DNA of 64,000 nucleotides from Cytophagaceae bacterium (GCA_027488815.1 JAIYAX010000026.1:15812-79811), one strand, 5' to 3'. Positions 10,029-20,265 are shown, counted from the stretch's first letter. Notes: generated by a model not told the origin, from the sequence alone. Numbers and translations: made by a program.

Positions 10029-12086
10029 TTATTCGCTGATCATTATTTTTCGGGTAACCTGACTGTTTCCATCATTAAGCCTGATGAGGTAGAGACCTGG
10101 TGTCAGACCTAGGGTAGTCAATTCGGTTTGCTGATTTCCTGCAGCCAATGCACCCAAGTTCACCTGTTTTACCAATGATCCTTTGAGGTCAGTGAAGGTC
10201 ACGATGGTCTCACTTGGCTCTGAAAGGGTGAACTGAACCTGCACTCTGTCGGTGGCAGGATTGGGGAATACTTCAAATCCATTGAAAGTAGAGGGCTCAG
10301 CGGAAACTCCTGAAACGGTAGAAATGGGCTGCCAGTGAGATTGAAGTACCTCTTTTGTGCCTACGTTTTGCACCCATACTACTAAGGACAGATTGCCCAT
10401 GTTGCTGAAGATGTTTCCTGAATTTTGAGTTACATTACCTACTACAAAGGTGTGGCTCAAATTGAGGCTTATGGATTGATTAGGCTCAACACTAGAAATC
10501 AGTACTCCATTTCTGTCAGGCAACATTTTTCTTAAAACTTTAAAGAAGGTCGATTCTGAGGTGCTTCCACCCACAGTATTGGTGTATTGGTTTTCAAGCA
10601 CAGCGGCAAATATTCTTATCTGATCAGATCCAAAGCCAACCAAAGAGGTGACTCCGCCACTTACAGTCACGGTATTACCAGTATATGTTGAATTTAGATT
10701 AAATGCGAAAGCTGATTTTACAGCTTGTCGGTTGGTCACAATAGTTGTACTGCTAATTAAGGTGCTGGGACTACCATTGAATATGATACCATCTACCAAT
10801 GTACGTGGAATGCTATTGACCCCGTACCAATTGTGCCTGAAAACGGCCTCCTGAGTAGCAGCAAGGTCAGTGCCGGGAGCAGGGTAAGTTTGCTGAAGCT
10901 TCATCACGGTAAGGTTGCCACTCGTCGTGTTAGCATTGTTGTTTGTAAGATAAGTGTTCCAACTGGGAGCAACTGAGGCACATGGGCCGCAAGTTGAGCT
11001 GGTAAAGCTTTCAATAAAGACTTTACGATTGGTCAGCATACTATCATTGGCAACAGTAAAGCCTGTGAATAAGGTATCATTGGCTGCGTTTTGGTCTCCG
11101 CTTACACCACTGAGCCAGATTTTCATTTTACGGTAGCCTACAGTATTTGCAGGAATAGAAATATTGGGATTGATGGTAACAGTATTCAAATAGGTGATCC
11201 CCTGATTTGTTTGAGGAAAACTGTTGACAGATCCATTGTTAATGGTGTAGTTGACCGTAAATGAGTCGATCACAATGGCACCGTTGTTTCTGACGTTCAC
11301 CGTAAGGCTTTGACTCGAAGTTGGGCTAATAAATGGAGCAGGCAAATTGGTGCCTGTGAGGCTCAGGTCTCTCTGGATGGGATTTGTACCAGGGATGAAT
11401 TCATAATAGCTGTTGTCTGATTGATCGGAAGCATTTGTAGTCAAAGAGTTGATACTTGGCGAACCGGCTACCTGGATAGCTGTAGAGTTATTGATTTGTA
11501 TACCTAATGTAAGGCTGAGTGTTTGAGGATTGTTGGTACGCTGATCTACCAAATAGATTTTGTTGCTGCTTTCTTCTAAAACGATACTCCAATAGGTCCA
11601 AGCAGTAGTAGGGATACCTACTGCTGAATAGGAAGTGAAAAAGACCCAATGTTGGCGATTAGGGGCAGTTCCAAATGTTTTGCTCGCCACAACATCATTT
11701 GTACCTGAGCTGGCTAGTCCCCAAATCAAGACGCTATTGTTGGGAATTAAAGAAGAAGGAATGGTGGTATTTGCGCCTCCCGGTACAGCCGTTGCTGTGA
11801 GGTCAAAAGTAAGCACGCCGCTGGCCGAAATTTTGTACCCGGTTACAGCGCTTCCATTAAATTGGAAAGCAAAAGGAATGGTTTGGTTGACGGACCATGC
11901 TGTAGAAAATGCAGGTAGTATAGTTGTCCAGCCGGTAGTAAGTCCTCCGCCTACAGGGAATTCTGCATCTACATTGAGTCCATTGGGATTTGTACCAGCA
12001 TTAATAAAAGGAACGTAGTAATACTGGGCATTTGAAGATAGCACCCAATAAAACATGCAAAAGGATAAGAGTAATGTTTTTTTCAT
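10029..12086 (-). CDS. T9SS-sorted secreted protein with an internal Omp28-like CxxC thioredoxin-like domain
   Basis: 685 aa with a signal peptide (..SSNAQ). After about 340 aa of unknown N-terminal region and a CARDB-like segment comes KVFIESFTSSTCGPC. FFKVLRKMLP parallels HNVMKQMLP in the 7678 protein. The C-terminal sorting-domain-like tail reads FEVFPNPATDRVQVQF...GLYLIRL...RKIMISE. Confidence 0.75.
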   Translation of the reverse strand: MKKTLLLSFCMFYWVLSSNAQYYYVPFINAGTNPNGLNVDAEFPVGGGLTTGWTTILPAFSTAWSVNQTIPFAFQFNGSAVTGYKISASGVLTFDLTATAVPGGANTTIPSSLIPNNSVLIWGLASSGTNDVVASKTFGTAPNRQHWVFFTSYSAVGIPTTAWTYWSIVLEESSNKIYLVDQRTNNPQTLSLTLGIQINNSTAIQVAGSPSINSLTTNASDQSDNSYYEFIPGTNPIQRDLSLTGTNLPAPFISPTSSQSLTVNVRNNGAIVIDSFTVNYTINNGSVNSFPQTNQGITYLNTVTINPNISIPANTVGYRKMKIWLSGVSGDQNAANDTLFTGFTVANDSMLTNRKVFIESFTSSTCGPCASVAPSWNTYLTNNNANTTSGNLTVMKLQQTYPAPGTDLAATQEAVFRHNWYGVNSIPRTLVDGIIFNGSPSTLISSTTIVTNRQAVKSAFAFNLNSTYTGNTVTVSGGVTSLVGFGSDQIRIFAAVLENQYTNTVGGSTSESTFFKVLRKMLPDRNGVLISSVEPNQSISLNLSHTFVVGNVTQNSGNIFSNMGNLSLVVWVQNVGTKEVLQSHWQPISTVSGVSAEPSTFNGFEVFPNPATDRVQVQFTLSEPSETIVTFTDLKGSLVKQVNLGALAAGNQQTELTTLGLTPGLYLIRLNDGNSQVTRKIMISE

Positions 12087-12410
12087 TTTTCTCAGAGTTA
12101 GGGTTGGTTACAATGCGAAATATAAAGCAAGCTATTGGTATTTAAAAGGTTAATTCTTTGAAGGGTAGACTGTCCATCATTCAATTAAGCTTTTCAACGT
12201 TAATCAAATTTGTTCAAAAACCTTGATTTCTGCTTCTATTTCCAAACTTTTAGTACACATATGACGTATCCAAGCAAAGAAATTTTTCGAATCTGATTGC
12301 TCATCCTCTAAAACGCTGATATTTATTCGGAAATTTAACAGTTTAGCCCGACCTTTGCGTGCATTTTATAAATCTGACCTTCAACATACCACTACCAGGA
12401 GCATTATACT

Positions 12411-13472
12411 ATGAATGAAATTGTTTTTTTCTCCTGTTTTATCCTTTTCATCCTTACCATTCTTATTCTTGACTTAGGGGTATTCAGTAAAGGGAATCAT
12501 GAAGTTACTTTCAAACAGGCCACCATTTGGAGTGTTATTTGGATCGGCCTCTCCATAGCTTTTTTCTTTTTCCTTAGATCGCATGGAGACCTTGTTCACG
12601 GAGTAGACAATTTTGATGAGCTACATCACATCGAGCAGAAATATGCTGAGCATGTAGACATTGACCCAGCAAATTTTGAGCAGAGCAAGGCCAATTACAA
12701 CAAAAACATGGCTCTCGAATTTATTACCGGCTATGTGATCGAGTATGCCCTTTCTGCTGACAATATTTTTGTTATCATTTTGATATTCACCTCTTTTAGT
12801 GTGCCCAAGCGCTATTACAAAAGAGTTCTTTTTTGGGGAATTTTAGGCGCTTTGGTCATGCGCTTCATCTTTATTTTCGCAGGTAGTGCCCTAATCCATC
12901 GTTTTGAATGGATATTGTATGTCTTCGGTACCTTTTTACTTTATACAGGCTTAAAATTGTTTTTTAAGAAAGATGATGATGAGAATATCGATACTCAAAA
13001 CCATCCGGTAGTTCGTTTTACATCAAAGTACTTCCCCGTATATCCACGTTTTGTTCTGGAACGTTTCTTTGTGCGCAGGGAGGGCCGATTGATGATTACA
13101 CCTCTTTTTGTGGTTTTATTGATCATCGAATTCACTGATTTGATTTTTGCTGTTGACTCAGTTCCTGCAGTGTTTTCAGTTACCAAAGACCCATACGTTG
13201 TGTTTTTCTCCAACATCTTCGCCATTTTAGGCTTACGAAGCATGTTTTTCTTTTTGGCTGCTGTAATGGATAAGCTCAAGTACTTGAAGCTTGGCCTGGC
13301 CTTTTTACTTTCCTTTATCGGCCTTAAAATGTTGTTTATTCATTGGCTTAAGATGCTAGGATTCAAACCTCATCATTCTCTATTTGTTATTCTGATAATC
13401 CTGGGTACCAGTATCATTGCCTCGCTCATCAGCAACTACCGGATCGAGCAAAAGAGAAAAAGTTTGACTTAG
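12411..13472 (+). CDS. TerC/Alx-family integral membrane protein
   Basis: 353 aa and multi-pass hydrophobic, with TerC-type motifs (EYALSADNIFVI, FAVDSVPAVFSVT). Confidence 0.88.
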   Translation: MNEIVFFSCFILFILTILILDLGVFSKGNHEVTFKQATIWSVIWIGLSIAFFFFLRSHGDLVHGVDNFDELHHIEQKYAEHVDIDPANFEQSKANYNKNMALEFITGYVIEYALSADNIFVIILIFTSFSVPKRYYKRVLFWGILGALVMRFIFIFAGSALIHRFEWILYVFGTFLLYTGLKLFFKKDDDENIDTQNHPVVRFTSKYFPVYPRFVLERFFVRREGRLMITPLFVVLLIIEFTDLIFAVDSVPAVFSVTKDPYVVFFSNIFAILGLRSMFFFLAAVMDKLKYLKLGLAFLLSFIGLKMLFIHWLKMLGFKPHHSLFVILIILGTSIIASLISNYRIEQKRKSLT

Positions 13473-14392
13473 CGATCTGCAGTAAAGTTTTTAACTTCTC
13501 CGGCATGTTTTTCAAACAGCATGCGGATCATGCCATCCTTAAGACCCAAAACCGGCACCTCGATCTGTTCGATTCCGGCCCATTTCATTACGGATAAGTA
13601 AATATCAGCCGCCGGCACAATCACATCAGCACGGTCAGGGTTAAGCATAAACTCATTCACCCTTTGCTCGATGGTCATCTTCTTTAACTTGTTGACCACT
13701 GCTTGTATTTTTTTGATATCCAGAGCTTTATTACCACGATGTCCGGCAAGCTCAGCTATTTTATTGATGTTTCCGCCGGTTCCTACAGCCATTCGTTGCT
13801 TACTGAAATCGGAGGTATTTTTCTGGATCCATTTTTCCATCTCTTTCCATACCTCAGGGCTGTCCTGTCCATCTAGCCTGCGAACGGAGCCTAAAGTAAA
13901 AGAGATAGATTTTTGTTTCACCCCGTTCAAAAACGTGGTAATTTCAGTACTGCCTCCCCCTACGTCGATGTGTAAATAAGAGCCAACTCCCATATGCTCT
14001 TGCACCACCCGATTGATGATTTCAGCTTCTTTCAATCCATCAATCAGCTTGATCTTAATGCCGGTATGCTCTTCAACCAGTTTGATTACCTCCTGCCCGT
14101 TGCTAGCCTCCCGTAGGGCTGAAGTAGCGTACACGAGATAATGGTCAATTTCATACAAGTCAATCAACAAGGAAAAAGCTTTGAATAGCTTAACCATCTT
14201 TTCCATCTTCCATGTACTGATGGTGCCTTTGATAAAGACCTCCTCCCCAAGACGGATAGGAAATCGAATGTACTCTACCTTTTTAAAGGTATAAGATTGC
14301 TGGTATCTGTGAACACTCGTGATTTGAAAGCGAATGGCATTGGAGCCTATATCAATAGCGGCTAGTTTCAAGGGGTGGTTTAGTAGCTCCAA
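13469..14392 (-). CDS. ppx: Ppx/GppA-family exopolyphosphatase / phosphatase
   Basis: 307 aa with ASKHA-fold motifs (AAIDIGSNAIRFQI, HIDVGGGSTEIT, AVGTGGN). Confidence 0.88.
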   Translation of the reverse strand: MELLNHPLKLAAIDIGSNAIRFQITSVHRYQQSYTFKKVEYIRFPIRLGEEVFIKGTISTWKMEKMVKLFKAFSLLIDLYEIDHYLVYATSALREASNGQEVIKLVEEHTGIKIKLIDGLKEAEIINRVVQEHMGVGSYLHIDVGGGSTEITTFLNGVKQKSISFTLGSVRRLDGQDSPEVWKEMEKWIQKNTSDFSKQRMAVGTGGNINKIAELAGHRGNKALDIKKIQAVVNKLKKMTIEQRVNEFMLNPDRADVIVPAADIYLSVMKWAGIEQIEVPVLGLKDGMIRMLFEKHAGEVKNFTADR

Positions 14393-14480
14393 AGTTAGGC
14401 AAAGTTTTCAGCGGCTAAGGCTTTGGATGAATTCTTGACCACAGTTTTGCATATCCGTTTTTTGTACTGTTACTTTGCAG

Positions 14481-14591
14481 CTCTTATCAGGAAAGACTGA
14501 GGGATTGGGCCCGTCGACGTCTTAGCAACCCTGGCTGCAGGGTGCTAACTCCCACTCCGATAGTTTCCGCTATCAGGAGACAGATAAGGTG
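14481..14591 (+). promoter_or_regulatory. SAM-I (S-box) riboswitch
   Basis: The sequence CTCTTATCAGGAAAGACTGAGGGATTGGGCCC...TAGCAACCCTGGC...GGTGCTAACTCC...GGAGACAGATAAGG matches the SAM-I conserved core (P1 CTTATC/GATAAG, GAGGGA, GGCCC, GCAACC, GGTGCTAA.TCC). It lies directly upstream of the methionine synthase genes. Confidence 0.9.
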
Positions 14592-15668
14592 TCTGAGATT
14601 CAACAGCGCTTTCCGGTAAGAATTAAATTAGACCAAAGCATGACTGTGTACATCAGAGAAATACTGGAGAAGCGAATTCTTGTGCTCGATGGTGCAATGG
14701 GCACCATGATCCAGAAACATCCATTAACTGAAGAAGACTTTAGAAACGAAGCCTTAAAGTCTCATCCCCATCCCTTGAAGGGAGATAACGATTTGCTTTC
14801 CATCACTCGTCCTGAAATCATTAAAGACATCCATCGCCAATATTTTGAAGCAGGAGCAGATATAGCGGAGACCAATACGTTCAACAGCACCACCATTGCT
14901 CAGGCAGATTATCATTTGGAGCATCTGGTATATGATCTGAATTTCCAGTCGGCAAAAATCGCCAGAGAAGTAGCTGATGAATTTACCCGCATGAACCCCG
15001 ATAAACCAAGGTTTGTGGCAGGAGCAATGGGTCCTACCAATCGTACGGCTTCTCTTTCGCCTGACGTGAACGACCCGGGCTACAGGGCTGTGAGTTTTGA
15101 TCAGCTGAAGCAAGCTTACCGTGAACAAGCCATCGCTCTGCTCGACGGTGGGGTGGACCTGCTCATCGTAGAGACCATTTTTGATACGCTCAATGCAAAA
15201 GCCGCATTGTTTGCTATTGACGAGCTACGAGAAGAGTTGAACCGTGACATCCCAATCATGGTTTCAGGAACCATCACAGATGCAAGCGGTCGTACGCTTT
15301 CAGGACAAACGACGGAGGCATTTATGATTTCCATCTCGCACATCCCCATGATCAGCATAGGGCTTAACTGTGCGTTGGGGGCCTCTGCCCTTCGCCCTTA
15401 CCTTAAGACCATGGCCGACAAGTCTGCTAATTTTGTAAGTGCTCATCCCAATGCCGGGCTGCCCAATGAGTTTGGACAGTACGATGAAAGCCCGGAGCAA
15501 ATGGGCGCTCAAATCGAAGTATTTCTTAAAGAAAACCTGGTGAATATCATCGGGGGATGCTGTGGAACCACTCCGGCACACATTAAAGTGATCGCCGAAA
15601 TTGCTTCTAAGTATGCCCCTCGCAAGCCAAAGGACGAGCTTGCCTGGATTTCTGCTGAAATGAACTAA
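14589..15668 (+). CDS. metH: Methionine synthase, homocysteine-binding (S-methyltransferase) module, encoded as a separate ORF
   Basis: 359 aa starting at GTG. Motifs are LVLDGAMGTMIQ, ADIAETNTFN, GLNCALG and the zinc-ligand GGCCGTTP. It corresponds to MetH residues about 1-350. Confidence 0.9.
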   Translation: MSEIQQRFPVRIKLDQSMTVYIREILEKRILVLDGAMGTMIQKHPLTEEDFRNEALKSHPHPLKGDNDLLSITRPEIIKDIHRQYFEAGADIAETNTFNSTTIAQADYHLEHLVYDLNFQSAKIAREVADEFTRMNPDKPRFVAGAMGPTNRTASLSPDVNDPGYRAVSFDQLKQAYREQAIALLDGGVDLLIVETIFDTLNAKAALFAIDELREELNRDIPIMVSGTITDASGRTLSGQTTEAFMISISHIPMISIGLNCALGASALRPYLKTMADKSANFVSAHPNAGLPNEFGQYDESPEQMGAQIEVFLKENLVNIIGGCCGTTPAHIKVIAEIASKYAPRKPKDELAWISAEMN

Positions 15669-15692
15669 TTTCCATTAAAGACAACTCTTATA

Positions 15693-18398
15693 GTGAGTAA
15701 CCAAGAAACGCATATACTGCCACCGCTGACTCTTAGCGGACTAGAACCCTTGATCATAACCAAGGCTTCCAATTTTGTGAATGTGGGTGAACGAACGAAT
15801 GTGACCGGTTCTGCCAAATTTTTAAAACTAATCAAGGATAACAAGTACGAAGATGCACTTGAAGTTGCTTTGGATCAGGTGAGGGGAGGGGCGCAGGTTC
15901 TTGATGTCAATATGGATGAAGGCATGCTTGATGGGGAAGCTGCGATGGTCCGCTTTCTCAATTTGCTGGCTGCAGAGCCTGAAATCGCCAGAATTCCAGT
16001 AATGATTGACAGCTCAAAGTGGAACATTATTGAAGCTGGCCTTAAATGCGTTCAGGGTAAAGCCATCGTAAACTCCATCAGTTTGAAAGGCGGTGAAGAA
16101 GAGTTTATCAAACAAGCCAAAACCATTAAGCGATTTGGAGCGGCTGTGATTGTGATGGCTTTTGATGAAAAAGGACAGGCCGATACCTATGAACGAAGGA
16201 TACAGATTTGTGAGCGATCCTACCGAATGCTGGTGGATCGGGTCAAATTCCCAGCGCAGGACATCATTTTTGACCCTAATATTTTCCCGGTGGCAACTGG
16301 TATCGAGGAGCACCGAAACAATGCAATTGACTTTTTCAGGGCTACCCGTTGGATACGTGAGCATTTACCCGGAGCACATGTAAGCGGTGGAGTCAGCAAT
16401 GTCTCCTTCTCCTTCAGGGGAAACAACACGGTAAGAGAGGCCATGCACTCCGCCTTCCTGTACCATGCGATCAAAGAAGGAATGGACATGGGAATTGTCA
16501 ACCCTACTATGCTAGAAGTGTACAGTGATATTCCTCCTGATTTGCTCGAACGAGTGGAAGATGTGCTGCTTAATCGGCGTGATGATGCAACAGAGCGATT
16601 ACTTGATTTTGCCGAAAATGTAAAGCAAAAAGGCAAGGCTAAAGTCGATGAGGAAGCCTGGCGAAGTGGATCCGTAGAAGAGCGGTTAAGCTATGCACTT
16701 GTGAAAGGTTTGATTGAATACATCGACGCTGATACAGAAGAAGCCAGACAAAAGTATGATAAGCCACTGAAAGTAATCGAAGGGCCACTGATGGCCGGAA
16801 TGAATGTGGTTGGGGATCTTTTTGGAGAAGGGAAGATGTTTCTACCTCAAGTAGTTAAAAGCGCCAGGGTGATGAAAAAAGCGGTTGCTTATTTATTACC
16901 ATATCTTGAAGCTGAAAAACTGGCAACAGGCAATACCGCAAAAAATGCCGGTAAAATTTTATTGGCTACGGTCAAAGGAGATGTTCATGATATAGGGAAG
17001 AACATCGTCGGTGTCGTATTGGCATGCAACAATTTTGAAATTCTGGATTTAGGGGTAATGGTTCCGGCTGAAAAAATATTAGAGGCTGCGCAACGGGAAC
17101 AGGTCGATATCATAGGTCTAAGTGGATTGATCACGCCCTCATTGGATGAGATGGTGAATGTGGCCAAAGAGATGGAGAGGCTAGGAATGAGAGTTCCTTT
17201 GTTGATAGGCGGTGCAACCACTTCACGAATTCATACTGCAGTGAAAATTGACCCATGTTACTCCGGTCCGGTAATTCATGTGCTGGATGCCTCCAAAGGG
17301 GTGCCGGTAGCAAGTTCATTGCTAAGCAAAGAACAGCAACTCGACTTTGGGATACAGGTAAAGGCCGAATATGCCCAGCTCAGGGTTGAGCATGCAGGAC
17401 GGCAAGAGGAAAAAAACTACGTCAGTTACACTTCAGCCGTTCAAAATGCCATGCCAATTGACTGGAGAAGCACTCCACCTGAAAAACCCAGTTTGGTCGG
17501 TGTAAAAGTACTCAAAGATGTTCCACTCACTTTGCTGCGGGAGTACATTGATTGGACTCCTTTCTTCCAGACCTGGATGCTTCAGGGCAGATTTCCCAAA
17601 ATATTTGATCATCCGGAGGTAGGCCAGGAAGCAAAGCAGTTGTATACGGATGCCAACCGGATGCTGGATGAGCTGATTGAGCAAAACCAGCTTAAGGCTG
17701 CAGGTGTTTTTGGGCTGTTCCCTTCGGCACGCACCGGGCCAGATACCCTTACGGTTTACGCTGATGAAAGCAGAAGCCAAATCATAGAGACTTTTGAATT
17801 TCTGAGGCAGCAGGGAAAGAAAGGTTCCGGGGTTCCCAACCTTTCACTAGCTGATTTTGTTGCAACTCCTGAAAGCGGCCTTAAGGATTATTTAGGTTGT
17901 TTTGCCGTTACTGCTGGTCTTGGCATAGAGCATCTGTTGGATAAATATGCAGCCGATCATGACGACTACAAGAGCATCATGCTCAAAGCCGTAGCTGATC
18001 GTTTGGCAGAAGCAATGGCTGAATGGTTACATGCTGAAGTGAGACGTCACTATTGGGGATATGCTCCGGAAGAAGGATTGAGCAATGAAGATTTGATCAA
18101 AGAGGCCTATCGTGGAATACGCCCAGCACCCGGTTATCCGGCTTGTCCTGACCACACCGAAAAGAAAAAGCTTTTCAAATTGATACATGCCACCGAAGAA
18201 GTGGGTATTCAGCTTACAGAAAGTATGGCCATGTATCCTGCATCTTCAGTTAGTGGTTTTTACTTCGCTCACCCAGAGTCACGCTACTTTGGCTTAGGCA
18301 AAATCGGCAAAGACCAGGTAACTGAATATGCAGGTCGAAAAGGTATGGCCTTGCAGGAAGTAGAACGATGGCTGGCACCGGTACTCAACTATCAATAA
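15693..18398 (+). CDS. metH: Methionine synthase (pterin-binding, cobalamin-binding and AdoMet-activation modules)
   Basis: 901 aa starting at GTG. It contains [21 protein letters not shown], the B12 DxHxxG motif ([12 protein letters not shown]) and the activation domain ([12 protein letters not shown]). Confidence 0.95.
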   Translation: MSNQETHILPPLTLSGLEPLIITKASNFVNVGERTNVTGSAKFLKLIKDNKYEDALEVALDQVRGGAQVLDVNMDEGMLDGEAAMVRFLNLLAAEPEIARIPVMIDSSKWNIIEAGLKCVQGKAIVNSISLKGGEEEFIKQAKTIKRFGAAVIVMAFDEKGQADTYERRIQICERSYRMLVDRVKFPAQDIIFDPNIFPVATGIEEHRNNAIDFFRATRWIREHLPGAHVSGGVSNVSFSFRGNNTVREAMHSAFLYHAIKEGMDMGIVNPTMLEVYSDIPPDLLERVEDVLLNRRDDATERLLDFAENVKQKGKAKVDEEAWRSGSVEERLSYALVKGLIEYIDADTEEARQKYDKPLKVIEGPLMAGMNVVGDLFGEGKMFLPQVVKSARVMKKAVAYLLPYLEAEKLATGNTAKNAGKILLATVKGDVHDIGKNIVGVVLACNNFEILDLGVMVPAEKILEAAQREQVDIIGLSGLITPSLDEMVNVAKEMERLGMRVPLLIGGATTSRIHTAVKIDPCYSGPVIHVLDASKGVPVASSLLSKEQQLDFGIQVKAEYAQLRVEHAGRQEEKNYVSYTSAVQNAMPIDWRSTPPEKPSLVGVKVLKDVPLTLLREYIDWTPFFQTWMLQGRFPKIFDHPEVGQEAKQLYTDANRMLDELIEQNQLKAAGVFGLFPSARTGPDTLTVYADESRSQIIETFEFLRQQGKKGSGVPNLSLADFVATPESGLKDYLGCFAVTAGLGIEHLLDKYAADHDDYKSIMLKAVADRLAEAMAEWLHAEVRRHYWGYAPEEGLSNEDLIKEAYRGIRPAPGYPACPDHTEKKKLFKLIHATEEVGIQLTESMAMYPASSVSGFYFAHPESRYFGLGKIGKDQVTEYAGRKGMALQEVERWLAPVLNYQ

Positions 18399-18428
18399 TA
18401 ATAAATTGCCCCTGAGGAAATATCGCAA

Positions 18429-19382
18429 ATGAAAGTAACAGAACATATTGCCAATGCAACCGAAACCCTCTTTACGATTGAGGTTTTGCCCCCGCTGAAA
18501 GGTGAAAGTATACAAACCTTGTTTAAGGCAATTGAGCCTCTGATGGAGTTTAAACCGCCATTTATTGATGTTACGTATCATCGGGAGGAGTATGCCTATA
18601 AAAAGCGGGAGAATGGGCTCCTAGAACGGGTAGCCACCAGAAAACGCCCCGGAACTGTAGGGATTTGCGCCGCCATCATCAATCGTTTCAAGGTAGATGC
18701 CGTGCCTCATATTATTTGCGGTGGTTTTACCAAAGAAGAAACAGAAAACGCTTTGATTGACTTGCATTTTCTTGGAATTGACAACGTGCTCGTGCTACGG
18801 GGTGATGCCATCAAAAGCGAAGGAAAGTTTGTGTCTGAAGAAGGAGGACATGCTTTTGCAACCGATTTGCTCGGACAGGTAAAGCAAATGAATCAAGGAT
18901 TATACCTCGATGAAGAGCTTCAGAACGCTGTACCTACTGACTTTTGCATAGGAGTAGCCGGCTATCCTGAAAAGCATTTTGAGGCCCCCAACATGAAAAC
19001 CGATATCAAGTGGCTCAAGAAGAAAATAGACATGGGTGCAGATTATATCGTCACGCAGATGTTCTTTGACAACCAAAAGTACTTTGACTTTGTAGAGATC
19101 TGCCGTAAAAATGGCATCCTGGTTCCCATCATTCCCGGGCTGAAGCCCATAACGGCAAAGAGCCAGATCAACCTGCTTCCCAGCATATTTCATATCGATA
19201 TTCCTGAAGACCTGGCAGATGATGTAGAAAGCTGTAAATCTTCCGAAGCCGTAAAAGAGGCTGGTGTGAAGTGGGCAATCAAACAAAGCAAGGAATTGAA
19301 GAATGCAGGTGTGCCAGTGCTGCATTATTATAGCATGGGTAAGTCAGAAGCCGTTTTCAAAATTGCCTCAGCCGTTTTTTAA
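18429..19382 (+). CDS. metF: Methylenetetrahydrofolate reductase
   Basis: 317 aa with an MTHFR-family pattern (FTIEVLPP, VLRGD, GVAGYPEKH, DYIVTQMFFD). Confidence 0.92.
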   Translation: MKVTEHIANATETLFTIEVLPPLKGESIQTLFKAIEPLMEFKPPFIDVTYHREEYAYKKRENGLLERVATRKRPGTVGICAAIINRFKVDAVPHIICGGFTKEETENALIDLHFLGIDNVLVLRGDAIKSEGKFVSEEGGHAFATDLLGQVKQMNQGLYLDEELQNAVPTDFCIGVAGYPEKHFEAPNMKTDIKWLKKKIDMGADYIVTQMFFDNQKYFDFVEICRKNGILVPIIPGLKPITAKSQINLLPSIFHIDIPEDLADDVESCKSSEAVKEAGVKWAIKQSKELKNAGVPVLHYYSMGKSEAVFKIASAVF

Positions 19383-19407
19383 TCTTTAATTTCAATAGGT
19401 TTGCACC

Positions 19408-20259
19408 ATGATGCCCCTTACGTTGGTTGAGTGCCCTCGAGATGCCATGCAAGGAGTTGAGGAGTGGATTCCGACCGCTACAAAGATCGAGTATCTTAAT
19501 TCCTTACTCAAAGTAGGCTTCGATGTGCTTGATTTCGGGAGTTTCGTGTCTCCTAAGGTAATTCCACAACTTAAAGATACTGCTGAAGTTCTGGAGCAAT
19601 TGCAACCCAGCGAGACCCAACTACTGGCTATTGTTGCCAATACCAAAGGTGCTGAAATGGCTTGTTCCCATCGTCCAGTAAATGTCTTAGGCTTTCCACT
19701 TTCATTGTCAGAAACTTTTCAGCAAAGGAATACCAATAAAAGCATAAAAGAGGCTTTGGTTACCATTGATGAAATCATGGAACTCTGTACCAGGTCAGGG
19801 AAGGAACTGGTGGTATACTTATCGATGGGCTTTGGCAATCCTTATGGTGACCCATATGACCGGGATACTGTAATCCGCTTTGTAGACCAACTGATCAGTA
19901 AGGAGGTAAGCACCATTTCTTTGGCCGATACAGTAGGTCAGGCTAAAGAAGATGATATTCGGTTCCTGTTCAATACACTTATTCCCACATTCCCAAAGGT
20001 GAGTTTCGGTGCTCATCTACATGCCAGAGCAGATCATGCCATGAGCAAGTTGCAAGCTGCCTGGGAAAGTGGCTGCCGCAGGTTTGACACAGCGATGCTG
20101 GGTTATGGTGGATGTCCAATGGCTGGGGATCAGCTTACAGGCAATATTGATACCCGGACTCTTCTTACTTTTCTGAAGCAACAAGAGGTGCAGCCAAAGC
20201 TTGACTTTCTGGCTCTGCTGGAAGCTCAAAAAAAAGCATCTGAAGTATTTCATTCCTGA
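19408..20259 (+). CDS. HMG-CoA lyase-family (DRE-TIM metallolyase) protein
   Basis: 283 aa with motifs ECPRDAMQ, LADTVG, GAHLHA and GGCPMAG. Confidence 0.8.
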   Translation: MMPLTLVECPRDAMQGVEEWIPTATKIEYLNSLLKVGFDVLDFGSFVSPKVIPQLKDTAEVLEQLQPSETQLLAIVANTKGAEMACSHRPVNVLGFPLSLSETFQQRNTNKSIKEALVTIDEIMELCTRSGKELVVYLSMGFGNPYGDPYDRDTVIRFVDQLISKEVSTISLADTVGQAKEDDIRFLFNTLIPTFPKVSFGAHLHARADHAMSKLQAAWESGCRRFDTAMLGYGGCPMAGDQLTGNIDTRTLLTFLKQQEVQPKLDFLALLEAQKKASEVFHS

Positions 20260-20265
20260 ATTGAC

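Noticed and set aside
12087-12410. A long (324-nt) untranslated region upstream of the TerC/Alx-family gene. I checked it for a yybP-ykoY (Mn2+) riboswitch, which commonly precedes such genes.
   Set aside because: I could not find the conserved GGAGAGTAG / GACATA-type core elements or convincing four-way-junction pairing by eye. Only a tiny 11-codon uORF (12261) and near-miss promoter boxes are present. An Infernal scan with RF00080 would settle it.
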